64,000 bases of DNA from a virus (taxonomy: Duplodnaviria > Caudoviricetes). The stretch covers positions 128,001-192,000 of the IMG/VR virus record IMGVR_UViG_3300034095_001474. The stretch is one strand, 5' to 3'. Positions 44,893 to 55,057 of the stretch are shown piece after piece (positions within the stretch are counted from its first letter, which is position 1; every line of letters starts with the position of its first letter). The notes under the pieces are model-generated. The model was given only the letters and a program-made list of their open reading frames with translations, searched no databases and was not told the origin of the DNA. A program made the translations under genes and the position numbers.

Positions 44893-45498
44893 TTATATTT
44901 GTTCAATTTTATTTTTAAATTCTTCACAATTCCAAGCTGGTGATAAATCAGTATAATATTTTTCAATATTACTTTTATAAACAACACCATGGTAGTCACT
45001 TAAATCATCTATTTTAGTATTGTGAGACATAGCCACATTTGGAATAAAAAATTCATCACATAACATGGTAACTAGTTCAGCACTTGCTTCAAATTGTTTA
45101 TCAGAATAGTGAGACCACATATTAAAACCTCTCCATAACTTACCAATAACTTTACCATTATAAATATCACCTTTCCAGTTATAAAACGCAGAATTAGCAT
45201 TTTTTCTTGTTAACCACCCATCATTTTCCAATAAAATAATGATTGATTTGGTATCTAGTTCTAGTTTCCCAAAATATTTTGACTGATACTTTGGGTCGAA
45301 GTGTTTATAAACAACACCAGCCGCATCTATTGTAAATGCAGCTGTTTTATTATATTTTCCATTATGTCTTTTTTTCCAACCCACAACATGTTTCATTTCA
45401 TTGTTGTTGGTGTGACCGATTACTATTTGTTTTTTAATACATTCAATCGGTATATAGTTTTTTTCTTCTAGTTGATACGTTTTATCATCAATTACCAT
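44893..45498 (-). CDS. N-acetylmuramoyl-L-alanine amidase-like protein
   Basis: IVIGHT, FTIDAAG.V, SI.I.LEN.G, SHN, TDLSPAWN follow the amidase_2 layout. Confidence 0.65.
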   Translation of the reverse strand: MVIDDKTYQLEEKNYIPIECIKKQIVIGHTNNNEMKHVVGWKKRHNGKYNKTAAFTIDAAGVVYKHFDPKYQSKYFGKLELDTKSIIILLENDGWLTRKNANSAFYNWKGDIYNGKVIGKLWRGFNMWSHYSDKQFEASAELVTMLCDEFFIPNVAMSHNTKIDDLSDYHGVVYKSNIEKYYTDLSPAWNCEEFKNKIEQI

Positions 45499-46847
45499 TA
45501 TCCACGTTTAAAATATACTTTGTTATTGTCACCGTTTTTAACGATTTTATTTGAACCAATCCTTTCTATTGTATTATTTGTTTTAGGATTAGGAATTTCT
45601 ACTGAAAAACCTCTACCTTCTTTAATTTCTTTGATATCTTCCAAATTAACTTTACCAGTTGTAACTACTGGTTGTTTTTTGTATACTGGAACTTCAACAC
45701 TTTTATCACTAACAGTTGTTGATTCATCATTTACAGCATCATTTACAACATCATTTACAACATCACTTACAGCATCAATTTCAGCATCATCATGTTGTTC
45801 ATCTTCTAGTATTGGTTCTTCAGATTTTGACATTAAAATATAATCTTCATCATTTATTTGTGCATCATAAAACAAATTTATTTCACCAGTTTCTTCCGAA
45901 ATCGTTCCGAAATCGTTCCGAATTTCTATTTCATCATTTACACCCTCATTTACACCCTCATTTACACCCTCACTCTTAGCTTTGATAACTTCAACAATAG
46001 TTGTTGGAGTTTCAGCAGATGGAACAAAAATAGTTTTTGGTTCCAGAGGTGTTTGTTTTCCTTCCAATTCAAATACTCTGTTGGTTGCTAATATTAGTGC
46101 GATTGCCAATGGGTCAAAAACAAATATAAGAAGAAGTATCATATAGTTAACAACGTTAGCCATAGGTGTTCCAGTCAATTCAGAAACATATTTAAGAGGA
46201 CCAACTTCACCAGCTACTTCGCTGCCAGCTTTTAATTCAATTGCTTTTACGTTATAAACATTTACTGAATCTGACAACACAATGTTTTTAGCATTAAGTC
46301 CATCTATTTCAGTATTTAAAAGTTGAATCTGTTTATCTGAACCTTCAATGTCTTTTCTAGCGTTTCTTTGATTTCTATTGTTGGTTGAATTATCCAAACG
46401 TGATTCTTGATTACCTCTAAGGTTATTTAATTGTTCAGCACGTTTAGTTTTTGTTTCAATAATTTTAGCGTTATCAGCTATTGTTTTTTCAAATATTTGC
46501 TTTTTAGCTTCCAACACACCCAATTCACCCTCATGTAACTCTAATTTGTTTGCAGTTGATTGGTAAGCATTTGATAGGAAACCATAGATACCAGCAGATG
46601 TGATAATCATAAGAACACCAACACTTATAGTTAAATAAATTTTTAACCCTCTGGCTAATTTATGCCAATATGTGTGCAATGCTGTTGTAGTGACAATCTT
46701 ACCAACTTCTAACACACTAGCCATTATTATAACAGCAGTGCTCGCACCAGCAAATAATTGACTTAAACCCCATACTGAAAAGTATGCAGCACAACCAGCA
46801 ACTGAAAGTGCTAATATTAACATTATGTAACTAAATCTTATCTTCAT
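45498..46847 (-). CDS. Multi-TM coiled-coil membrane protein
   Basis: Three N-terminal TMs, a coiled coil, IFVFDPLAI, and VNEG/VNDV tandem repeats at 45724-45972. Confidence 0.65.
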   Translation of the reverse strand: MKIRFSYIMLILALSVAGCAAYFSVWGLSQLFAGASTAVIIMASVLEVGKIVTTTALHTYWHKLARGLKIYLTISVGVLMIITSAGIYGFLSNAYQSTANKLELHEGELGVLEAKKQIFEKTIADNAKIIETKTKRAEQLNNLRGNQESRLDNSTNNRNQRNARKDIEGSDKQIQLLNTEIDGLNAKNIVLSDSVNVYNVKAIELKAGSEVAGEVGPLKYVSELTGTPMANVVNYMILLLIFVFDPLAIALILATNRVFELEGKQTPLEPKTIFVPSAETPTTIVEVIKAKSEGVNEGVNEGVNDEIEIRNDFGTISEETGEINLFYDAQINDEDYILMSKSEEPILEDEQHDDAEIDAVSDVVNDVVNDAVNDESTTVSDKSVEVPVYKKQPVVTTGKVNLEDIKEIKEGRGFSVEIPNPKTNNTIERIGSNKIVKNGDNNKVYFKRG

Positions 46848-46907
46848 CCTTTTTACTTTTAAAATAAATATTCAAAAAACAAAAAAGGGAACATATTCCC
46901 CTTTTTA

Positions 46908-47738
46908 TTATTCATTGATTAAATCATATAAGTCATGAGCGTTATGTCTTAATTTACGAATCGCTTTTTCTTTTATCTGTCTAATTCTTTCTTTTGTTAA
47001 ACGGTATTTATCACCAATTGCTTCAAGTGTCATAGCCTCACATTCAGTATCAATACCAAAATAACATTCAATAATACTTCTCTCTCTATCATCTAAAACA
47101 GAAAGTGTTTCATTTAATTGTTTTTTTATTCTATCATCAATTTCTAATTGATTTTCTTCTGGAATCTCACCAGGAATTAAATCAATCAATTCATCACCTT
47201 CTTCATTTATAAATTCATTAAGTGATGCACATTTAGGATATCTAGTCATTGACAGTTCTGTATCACCATCCATAATTTCACCAAATATTGGTTCTCTTTC
47301 GTTTGCGTATTCAAACTTAGCAATCTCTTTATTTAATTTTGAGATTTTACTAATAACATTTGCTGGTAATCTTACAATTCTGGCATTGTCATTAAGACTT
47401 TGAATTATTGATTGTTTAACCCACCATACAGCATATGAAATAAATCTAAACCCTCTTTTATAATCAAACCTAGTTGCAGCTTTTACCAACCCATAATTAC
47501 CTTCACTTATCAAATCTGACAATTGTAATCCTTGACCTTGATATTCTTTAGCTATGGATATGACAAATTTAAGATTGGCGTTTACCAATTCTTCTATTGC
47601 TTTACCATCACCATTTTTTATTCTTTTTGCTAATTCTACCTCTTGTGTAGATGTTAAAATCACTGATTTTCTTACATCTTTAAAATATTTTGAAATACTG
47701 TCTTCAGTCTCAAAATTAACATATCTTTTATTTACCAA
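46908..47738 (-). CDS. Sigma-70 family RNA polymerase sigma factor (RpoD-like, no region 1.1)
   Basis: ANLKFVISIAKEY, DLISEGNYGLVKAATRFD, FISYAVWW, RIVRLP, TLEAIG...LTKERIRQIKEKAIRKL. Confidence 0.95.
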   Translation of the reverse strand: MVNKRYVNFETEDSISKYFKDVRKSVILTSTQEVELAKRIKNGDGKAIEELVNANLKFVISIAKEYQGQGLQLSDLISEGNYGLVKAATRFDYKRGFRFISYAVWWVKQSIIQSLNDNARIVRLPANVISKISKLNKEIAKFEYANEREPIFGEIMDGDTELSMTRYPKCASLNEFINEEGDELIDLIPGEIPEENQLEIDDRIKKQLNETLSVLDDRERSIIECYFGIDTECEAMTLEAIGDKYRLTKERIRQIKEKAIRKLRHNAHDLYDLINE

Positions 47739-47824
47739 AACGTTTCATTTTTACTCTCTCTTTTCGTTATTTTACTTATGTAAATATACGACAAAAAACC
47801 CTAAAAGTCAAGGGTTTTTGTCAT

Positions 47825-48361
47825 TTATTTTACTAAAAGTGGCATTATTTTTTTATCATAATCTGACATATTTTCAATGCCATTATCGATAATTTTATTC
47901 ATAATAGTTTCTCTTTCTTTGGGTGTCATATCTTCAATTTCTGATTCAGTAAATCTTCTGGGTCTTACATCTCTTTTAATATGAATACCTTTTTCTTTAA
48001 AAGTTCTACTATTTTCTTGAATAATCTTAGCATCTTCAATAGCATCCATCAAATTTGATGCCCTTTTTTTCAAGATATCTTTATTCATTTCATCTAAAAA
48101 ACCAAATAACCCCTTATGAATTTCTTCTTTGGTTATATTATAACCAGAATTTTCTGGGTCTAAATCAAACACAAAAAAACTTCTTTGGTTTAATTTGAAC
48201 CAATCCGTAAGCTCTTTAGGTTCTAGAGCAGAGGAAAAAGTAGCAATAACAATACCTCTAGCATCTAAAATATTTGGTTTATCATCGCTAACTTTTTCGA
48301 TTTCAATGGTAACACCCTTGGTGTCCCCCATTATAACAACACAATAATTTCTAAATTTCAT
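47825..48361 (-). CDS. Hypothetical protein
   Basis: 178-aa ORF. Confidence 0.6.
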   Translation of the reverse strand: MKFRNYCVVIMGDTKGVTIEIEKVSDDKPNILDARGIVIATFSSALEPKELTDWFKLNQRSFFVFDLDPENSGYNITKEEIHKGLFGFLDEMNKDILKKRASNLMDAIEDAKIIQENSRTFKEKGIHIKRDVRPRRFTESEIEDMTPKERETIMNKIIDNGIENMSDYDKKIMPLLVK

Positions 48362-48408
48362 ATATCACTTTTTAACAAATGTACGTTTATTTTTATAATA
48401 ATACAATT

Positions 48409-50787
48409 TTATTTCATAGAAATTTTTGAGAGGTTGTTACTTCCTTTAATAACAGTAACAACATTATCACCCCAATCACGAACTAAGTCATTGTGTGTGA
48501 TGAAGAAAACTATCTCATACATATCTTTTATTTTATCAAAAAGAACTTTCAATTTCTCTAAATTTTCTGGTGCTACCTTACCTAATACTTCATCAAAAGT
48601 GATAAAATTAGGCATTGGCAGCGTAGATAATTTACCCAACACAGCTCTCAACGCTAAACTAGCCGCTGTTTTCTCTAAACCAGAACCAGATTTTAACAAT
48701 TTAGATACTTCATCTTTAACCAATAGAAACTGAACATCATTCTTATCATTAATAAATATCTCGACATCGAAATCTACAACATCATCTAACAATCTTTGTA
48801 CTTCAGAATTTATAATTGGCAACACAGAACGCAGTACCAATTTACTAACACCTTTCTTTCCGACCAATTCAATATATATTTTGAAAATTTTATCAATCTC
48901 TTCTTCTTTTTTTATTGTTTCGATTAATTTGGTTTTTACCTCAATACTTGTTTTATGGTTTTTGATATCAGTTTGAACACGTTCTATCTTTGCTATTGCA
49001 TCATCTTTAGAATATTCCAATACTGAAATGTCAGTTTTAACTCTGGATACTTCAATATCAATCTTTTTATTTAACTCAATAGCGTCTAAATTAAGTTTGT
49101 ATTTCTTTAAATCATTACGTTTTGAAACTATATCGTTTTTCAATGAACCAATTTGAACTTCTAATCTATCTCTGTTTAACTCATGTTTATTTTTATCATC
49201 AATAAGCACTTTAGTTTCATTAAGAACATCCAATTCAGTATTTATGGTTTTAATTGCATTAGATAATTTGGTAGACTCTTTTTTTAATTTTTCAATATCT
49301 AACTCATGTTTAGCAATGTGTTCAGTATTATCAACATCATCTAATTTTCTGTTGCATGATTGACAGATACCTCCAGCAACCAAACCTTCAACAACCAATT
49401 CCAATCTTTCTACTTCAGCATTCTTTACAGCTTTTGCCGATGTTTGTGTTGATAAATCTTTTGTCAATGCATGATGACGGTCTTCATCAAATGATACAAC
49501 ACCAATTTTATTTATTTTTAAAACCAACTCATCAACACTAGTTTTAAAACCAACACCTTTTTCAATCAAATTTGAAATATCAATTTCTAAATTAGAAGGG
49601 TTTAATTCAGAGATAGTTACATCGATTTTTTCTTTGTTATTTATCAATTTATCATTCTCTTCATTCAAACTAGTAATTTCTAATTTAGCTTTTTCTAATT
49701 TATCATTAAGACTAGTTTCTAATTCAACAGCTAAGATACCTTTTTCTTTATGGTCATCAATTTCTTCAGTCAATGTAATAACATCATAATCGTTAGATTT
49801 TTTCTTTCTAGCAAATTCATTGTACATTGTTCTAGCAGCAGCTTCTTTCAATTCTAGTATCTCCAACCCAATAAGTCTTGTCAAAACTTTTCCAGATTCA
49901 CTAGTAGTCAATCCTATTAAATCATCCAAGTTCTTCTCTGTAGCTAATACAAGCATCTCAAAATCTTTTTCGCTACCAATAGTTTCTTTTAATCTTTTAG
50001 TCGTTCTAGTAGCATCTTCTTCATTTAATTGCTCTTCTTCACCATCTGGTAATAACTTGTAATAGTTTACTCTATTTGTTACAGTCCAACCACCACCTTT
50101 TTTAGCGGTACGTTTCATTTTACGTTCAATGATTGTTTCTTCATTCTCAATATCAATCATACCACGTACAGTCAATTCATTCTTATCACTATATGTGTTG
50201 AATATCTGCTCGTTTGTATCAGTTTTTGTTGTACTACCATGCAACAAGAATTTAACAGCATCAATTGTAAGTGTTGTTTTACCACCTTGATTAGCTGGAA
50301 TAGAATTTACAACAGTCAAACCTCTCAATTTACTCAAAGGTAAATAATTATCTTCACCAAAAGATAAAAAATTATTTACCATAAGCCATTTAAGATTCCA
50401 ACTTCTATGTTGTGTTTCATTCAAGTCAACGTTTAATTCACCGTTTACTTTGTCATCTAAAGCAATGATACGATTAAAGTCAATCGTTTTACCATCTCTA
50501 TCAATTAACTCCTTCATAAGAGCTCTTTGATAGTTCACGTCCATGATGTTCTCAATACCAGCACCAGTGATTTCAATTACATCACCATTGGCAGTTGTTC
50601 TTACTGGTCTATAAACAACATTGATATTGCTCTTGTTTACACCATACTTGTTAGCAAAATAGTTTCTTACTCTATTTTTAGCTTCTTTGCTATAGTTCTC
50701 TGGACGGTCATCCCAATAAACTTTAATCTTTGCATACGGTGATATTGCTTTAATATCCATAACTTCTACTTGTTCATTATTCTCCAT
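48409..50787 (-). CDS. SMC-like recombination exonuclease ATPase (gp46/SbcC-like)
   Basis: NFLSFG, NQGGKTT Walker A, CQSC zinc hook, SGSGLEK signature, TFDE Walker B, FFITH. Confidence 0.9.
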   Translation of the reverse strand: MENNEQVEVMDIKAISPYAKIKVYWDDRPENYSKEAKNRVRNYFANKYGVNKSNINVVYRPVRTTANGDVIEITGAGIENIMDVNYQRALMKELIDRDGKTIDFNRIIALDDKVNGELNVDLNETQHRSWNLKWLMVNNFLSFGEDNYLPLSKLRGLTVVNSIPANQGGKTTLTIDAVKFLLHGSTTKTDTNEQIFNTYSDKNELTVRGMIDIENEETIIERKMKRTAKKGGGWTVTNRVNYYKLLPDGEEEQLNEEDATRTTKRLKETIGSEKDFEMLVLATEKNLDDLIGLTTSESGKVLTRLIGLEILELKEAAARTMYNEFARKKKSNDYDVITLTEEIDDHKEKGILAVELETSLNDKLEKAKLEITSLNEENDKLINNKEKIDVTISELNPSNLEIDISNLIEKGVGFKTSVDELVLKINKIGVVSFDEDRHHALTKDLSTQTSAKAVKNAEVERLELVVEGLVAGGICQSCNRKLDDVDNTEHIAKHELDIEKLKKESTKLSNAIKTINTELDVLNETKVLIDDKNKHELNRDRLEVQIGSLKNDIVSKRNDLKKYKLNLDAIELNKKIDIEVSRVKTDISVLEYSKDDAIAKIERVQTDIKNHKTSIEVKTKLIETIKKEEEIDKIFKIYIELVGKKGVSKLVLRSVLPIINSEVQRLLDDVVDFDVEIFINDKNDVQFLLVKDEVSKLLKSGSGLEKTAASLALRAVLGKLSTLPMPNFITFDEVLGKVAPENLEKLKVLFDKIKDMYEIVFFITHNDLVRDWGDNVVTVIKGSNNLSKISMK

Positions 50788-51187
50788 AAATATCTCTTTT
50801 ATTTTTCTTTTGTTCAATTTCTAATTTCTGTAAAGTATCATTCCATTCTTTTTGGAAGTGTTCAGCATCTTTTTTGTAAGTATTTCGTTCATCTTCCAAT
50901 TTTGTTATCTTTTCAGATAATTTTTTCACTTGTTTATCATCAGTGATATACACTTCTTTTTCAGTAGGAACTTCAACTTTAACTTCTACAATTTTCTCTA
51001 CGATTTTTTCAACGATTTTTTCTACTTCAATTTTCTTTTCTATTACTTGAGGTGTTGCCCCAAACTTTTCAACAGTAAAACCTTGTTTAAGTATTTTAAT
51101 TGTGAACTCATCAATATTCGTGATATTGTTTATCCTACAATAATCCCAAATTTCATCTTTTAAGTCTTTAGATATCTCCATCTTCAA
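50777..51187 (-). CDS. Hypothetical protein
   Basis: 136 aa with a VEKI repeat and a coiled coil. Confidence 0.6.
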   Translation of the reverse strand: MKMEISKDLKDEIWDYCRINNITNIDEFTIKILKQGFTVEKFGATPQVIEKKIEVEKIVEKIVEKIVEVKVEVPTEKEVYITDDKQVKKLSEKITKLEDERNTYKKDAEHFQKEWNDTLQKLEIEQKKNKRDIYGE

Positions 51188-51398
51188 ATTTTCCTAAGTC
51201 TTCTCTTGTTTGATTCAATAGAACAACTTCATTGTCTTTTTCATCAACATTTATCATTAATACTGGTTTGTCAACTCGATAGATTAAACTGTTGTCATCC
51301 TCTGGGTCTAAATAACCGAACTCACCATTTACTACGGTAAAGTTATCCATGTGTTCTGGGAGTTTGTTTATAAACTCTTTTAATTCTGATAGCATCAT
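51168..51398 (-). CDS. Hypothetical protein
   Basis: 76-aa ORF. Confidence 0.55.
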   Translation of the reverse strand: MMLSELKEFINKLPEHMDNFTVVNGEFGYLDPEDDNSLIYRVDKPVLMINVDEKDNEVVLLNQTREDLGKFEDGDI

Positions 51399-51399
51399 A

Positions 51400-51651
51400 T
51401 TAATTACTTTTTATATTACCTTTTATTGTTTCTTTTATTTTATCATACTCAGAACTAGTATAAGCATTTTCAGTTTCAATAACTTCATCGAAAGATTTGG
51501 AACAAACATGTTCTGGTTTCATAACCAATACATAAAGTGTTTCATCAACTCTTATGCTGGTTTTTGTACCAATTTCAGTTGTATATAGATTATTTTCTCT
51601 CCATGATAAAAAATCATCAACACATGAAGAGATAACAGCTATTGTCTTCAT
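51400..51651 (-). CDS. Hypothetical protein
   Basis: 83-aa ORF. Confidence 0.5.
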   Translation of the reverse strand: MKTIAVISSCVDDFLSWRENNLYTTEIGTKTSIRVDETLYVLVMKPEHVCSKSFDEVIETENAYTSSEYDKIKETIKGNIKSN

Positions 51652-52460
51652 AAGTTTGTAATTTTTTCTTCACCATTCTCAATATCTTCTAATGATTTAA
51701 TCTTGAATTGGTAATAAGGAGATTTATTTTCTACATCATGTTCTGTAAATGTTTTTGTTTCAACATCCCAAAACAAGAAACCATGTTTACTTACATTCTC
51801 ACCAAAGTTTTGTTGAATAAGTGATGATGGATAAGCAATGATAATACCTTTATGGTTAAATGTTTGTCTTTTGTGAATATCACCCAACATGACCATATCA
51901 CAACCTTCAAAGATATCCAACTCAGCACCATGGTCAATTTCATAACCAATATCTGTTTTAGCATTAATCAAAGGTGCGTGAAACAACCCAATATATGTTT
52001 TATCATCACCAAATTCACCTCTTGCTGACTCAATGTCTGGTCTAGCGTTTTCTTCAAAGATAGAATAAGTACACCAAACAATATTGTCATCTAAATAACA
52101 CTTTGATTCTTTGAAATAGTTAATATCTTTATCACCCAAGAATTGTACCATAGGTGACACACTATCCATTCTACCTATATTGTTTTCCAATAAGTCATGA
52201 TTTCCAGCAATAAGTATAACTGGTGCTATTTCTTCTAGTTTTCTCAAGAACCATGTACATAGAATCAACTGCTCATTTGAAATAACAATCTTCTGGTGAA
52301 CCAAGTCACCAGCAACTACTATTCTAACTTCTTCTCTAGTGTAATCTGAAACAAGTTCTTTTACGTCTTTCAACATAGTTTTAAAAACATCTTTATACTC
52401 GTCATGTAATCTAAGAGTTCTGATATGTATATCAGCTAAATGGATAACGGCTTTGACCAT
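51648..52460 (-). CDS. Mre11/SbcD/gp47-like metallophosphoesterase nuclease
   Basis: HLADIH, AGDL, AGNHD, LFH, LGDIH, YPSSLIQQNFGE. Confidence 0.9.
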   Translation of the reverse strand: MVKAVIHLADIHIRTLRLHDEYKDVFKTMLKDVKELVSDYTREEVRIVVAGDLVHQKIVISNEQLILCTWFLRKLEEIAPVILIAGNHDLLENNIGRMDSVSPMVQFLGDKDINYFKESKCYLDDNIVWCTYSIFEENARPDIESARGEFGDDKTYIGLFHAPLINAKTDIGYEIDHGAELDIFEGCDMVMLGDIHKRQTFNHKGIIIAYPSSLIQQNFGENVSKHGFLFWDVETKTFTEHDVENKSPYYQFKIKSLEDIENGEEKITNL

Positions 52461-52461
52461 A

Positions 52462-52740
52462 TTATAAAATATCTTTATCTTTTTCAAGTGGTTGAAGTCT
52501 GAACGCTTCAATTATTTCGTTATTCTCAACTCTAATTAACGTTTGTTCACCCATACCTTTAAACAAATCATCTTTTAAATAAAAACCATCTTCCCATTCA
52601 TTACTTAACTCCCATGCAACTGGATTCATCATCTTATAGTCTGTTGGTAACGTGAATGGGTCGTATCTAACACCTCTAGTGTCAGTTAGTTTAAATTCTT
52701 TTTCCTCACCTTTTATTGGTTTGTTTTCTTTTTCTATCAT
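52462..52740 (-). CDS. Hypothetical protein
   Basis: 92-aa ORF. Confidence 0.5.
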   Translation of the reverse strand: MIEKENKPIKGEEKEFKLTDTRGVRYDPFTLPTDYKMMNPVAWELSNEWEDGFYLKDDLFKGMGEQTLIRVENNEIIEAFRLQPLEKDKDIL

Positions 52741-52741
52741 A

Positions 52742-53524
52742 TTATGCGTTTTTCATTAAATTATAGTGATGCATTTCAATAAGTTTTTTCGCTTCATGTT
52801 TCATATACATGATTTGAATCTTTTCGAATGATTTAGTTTCTTTATCCCAATACCCAATACATATTTGTCTACATTTACGACCAGGAAATTCCATTTCATA
52901 CATGTAAGTATATACTGATAACTGAAGTGTATAAACTGACCATTGACAAGACTGCATATGGTCAAATGGTTTAAAAAGTGTTTTGTAACCAAATTGGTCA
53001 AAGAAGTTAAACTCTCTATTGGTTTTCCAATCCCAAACATCAAAGAAAACATCATCAATATCAATAATTAAATCCGACATACCAGCCAACTCATATTCTT
53101 CAGAAAATAGAATTCTTTCTGGCCATACTGCAATACCTTCATCTATCTTTAGATTTTCATATCCTTCAATTACTTTTTGTTCAAATTCACCTTCTTCATC
53201 TTCAGTTGGAAAATACCATTTGTTAGCCAATAAATAACGTTCAACAATATCATGAACCTTTGTACCATAAATGTTAGCCTCATCATTAAGTTGTTGCCAA
53301 AAATCTAAAATTTGTTGTTGGTTCAAACCAATGTAACGCTCTTGCTTTGCGTTGTCTGGTTGTCTAGTAATAGCCAAAGATACTGCTTCTGAATCGAAAT
53401 GCGGTTCAATAGAAGAAAGTGTTGTAGTTACAGATTTGTAAATCTTTCCAGTTACTCTATGATGATACTTATGTTCAATTGGTTCCAAGAAAACTGGACC
53501 CTCCCATAATTTTGCTTTACTCAT
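52742..53524 (-). CDS. PD-(D/E)XK exonuclease (Cas4/RecB-like)
   Basis: SVTTTL, GTKVHDIVE, LAGMSDL, DWKT, LQLSVY. Confidence 0.85.
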   Translation of the reverse strand: MSKAKLWEGPVFLEPIEHKYHHRVTGKIYKSVTTTLSSIEPHFDSEAVSLAITRQPDNAKQERYIGLNQQQILDFWQQLNDEANIYGTKVHDIVERYLLANKWYFPTEDEEGEFEQKVIEGYENLKIDEGIAVWPERILFSEEYELAGMSDLIIDIDDVFFDVWDWKTNREFNFFDQFGYKTLFKPFDHMQSCQWSVYTLQLSVYTYMYEMEFPGRKCRQICIGYWDKETKSFEKIQIMYMKHEAKKLIEMHHYNLMKNA

Positions 53525-53591
53525 AATTTATTTTTAATACAAATATACTATATTTTTCTTCTATATGCAAGTATTTATTGTAAAACTTATT

Positions 53592-54050
53592 ATGAAAGAT
53601 TTTATAAAACGTAAACTTAATGAAGTACTTGTTAAAGAATACTATGATGATGATTTTGATTCAGAGTTTGTAGATTTTAGTAATGAAAAACCTAAAAAAC
53701 CTAAAAAAGAAGATAGTTTTAAACTTTTAATACAAAAATTAAAAGCTTTTAAAACACCAAATAAAATAAATATGTATACTTTCAAATTTGGTAATACTGA
53801 AATATTTTTCAAACAAACTGGTAAAAAAAATACAATAGAATTAGATTTAATCAAAACACCAGACCAATATAAAGGTAAAGGTAGTGCTAGAACCGCAATA
53901 ACCCAATTTTTAAATATTATAGATGAATTAAAAATTAGAGTTGTTTTGTCTGTTGTTCCTAGAGATAAAACAACTTCTGAAAAAGGATTAGAAGATTTTT
54001 ATCAATCAGTAGGTTTCCATAAAACTAGTGATTTTGAAATGATGCGTTAA
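53592..54050 (+). CDS. GNAT-like protein with an N-terminal LNE motif
   Basis: YKGKGSAR motif A and LEDFYQSVGF motif B. Confidence 0.65.
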   Translation: MKDFIKRKLNEVLVKEYYDDDFDSEFVDFSNEKPKKPKKEDSFKLLIQKLKAFKTPNKINMYTFKFGNTEIFFKQTGKKNTIELDLIKTPDQYKGKGSARTAITQFLNIIDELKIRVVLSVVPRDKTTSEKGLEDFYQSVGFHKTSDFEMMR

Positions 54051-55003
54051 TATATATCAGATTCTTCCAATTTATATGCAGTTCTAAGTAAAGCAACAAT
54101 ACCCTTGTTACTGAACTTTTCAAATAGTTTTGATGGGTCATAACCTTCTGGTGGTTTAACCAAACGTATTCTATCTCTTAGGTTACCAAAATTAAGCTCT
54201 CTATACAATCTTTTTGCATCTACTAACGCATCATCATCCAAGACGATAACAACGAAGCCTTGAGCCTTATCTTGCAGCAACTCTAATAATTGTGCTGATA
54301 AGAATTTACCCAATAAAGGAATTGAGTTAGGTGTTACTATATGGTCAGTGGCACCTTCAACCAAATATATTGTTGCATCCCAATTTACCTTGCCTTCATT
54401 GAATATTATTTCTTGTTTTTCAGCATCTGGGTTTAGATATTTCAGTTTTGTAGGTTCTTTAGAAAACCATCTAGCAATAAAATAATTCAATTCACCTTCA
54501 GCATCATAAGATGGAATAATAACCCTATTAAAGAATTTACCTTTGAATGTATAACCTATTTCGTAATTTTCTATGATTTCATCAGTAATACCTCTTTCAC
54601 GCAAATAAGCCATTGCTTGTGGATATTTAAAATCTTTTTCAGTACATTCTGATAATTTTTTATATCCTTCTGGTAATGTTAGTATTATTTTAGGTTTATC
54701 TTTATTGGTTATTAAATCAGTATCTGGTTTAACCAATAGATAATCTCTAATGTTTTTTGGTGTTGCGTATTTTTTAAGTAATTTGATAACTGGTCCATGC
54801 ATGTGATGTGTTTCACCACAAGACCAACATTTAAACATACCTCGATTGTAATTGATTTCTAAGTTTCCTTTACCATCACCTTCAGCCAAATTCTTTTCGT
54901 CAGAACAAGCTGGACAATCAAATGCCACTTGTCCAGTATCTTCATTATGCTTTCTAGGTTCACCCAAAAAACTCTTTAAAATATCAACTACTAAGAAATC
55001 CAT
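54047..55003 (-). CDS. DNA primase (zinc ribbon + TOPRIM)
   Basis: CPAC...CWSC, YLRERG, RVIIP, KYLN, LVEGATD, LDDDA. Confidence 0.9.
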   Translation of the reverse strand: MDFLVVDILKSFLGEPRKHNEDTGQVAFDCPACSDEKNLAEGDGKGNLEINYNRGMFKCWSCGETHHMHGPVIKLLKKYATPKNIRDYLLVKPDTDLITNKDKPKIILTLPEGYKKLSECTEKDFKYPQAMAYLRERGITDEIIENYEIGYTFKGKFFNRVIIPSYDAEGELNYFIARWFSKEPTKLKYLNPDAEKQEIIFNEGKVNWDATIYLVEGATDHIVTPNSIPLLGKFLSAQLLELLQDKAQGFVVIVLDDDALVDAKRLYRELNFGNLRDRIRLVKPPEGYDPSKLFEKFSNKGIVALLRTAYKLEESDIY

Positions 55004-55057
55004 AATACAAATGTACTAAATTCTTTTGTAACCACCAAAAAAATATATATATTTTAT

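Noticed and set aside
44893-45498. Catalytically dead, PGRP-like amidase
   Set aside because: The zinc ligands could be His/His/Asp as in AmpD-type enzymes, so inactivity cannot be claimed without an alignment.
45724-45972. 12-nt tandem repeats as a possible array or origin
   Set aside because: They are in-frame coding repeats (VNDV/VNEG) in a low-complexity protein tail.
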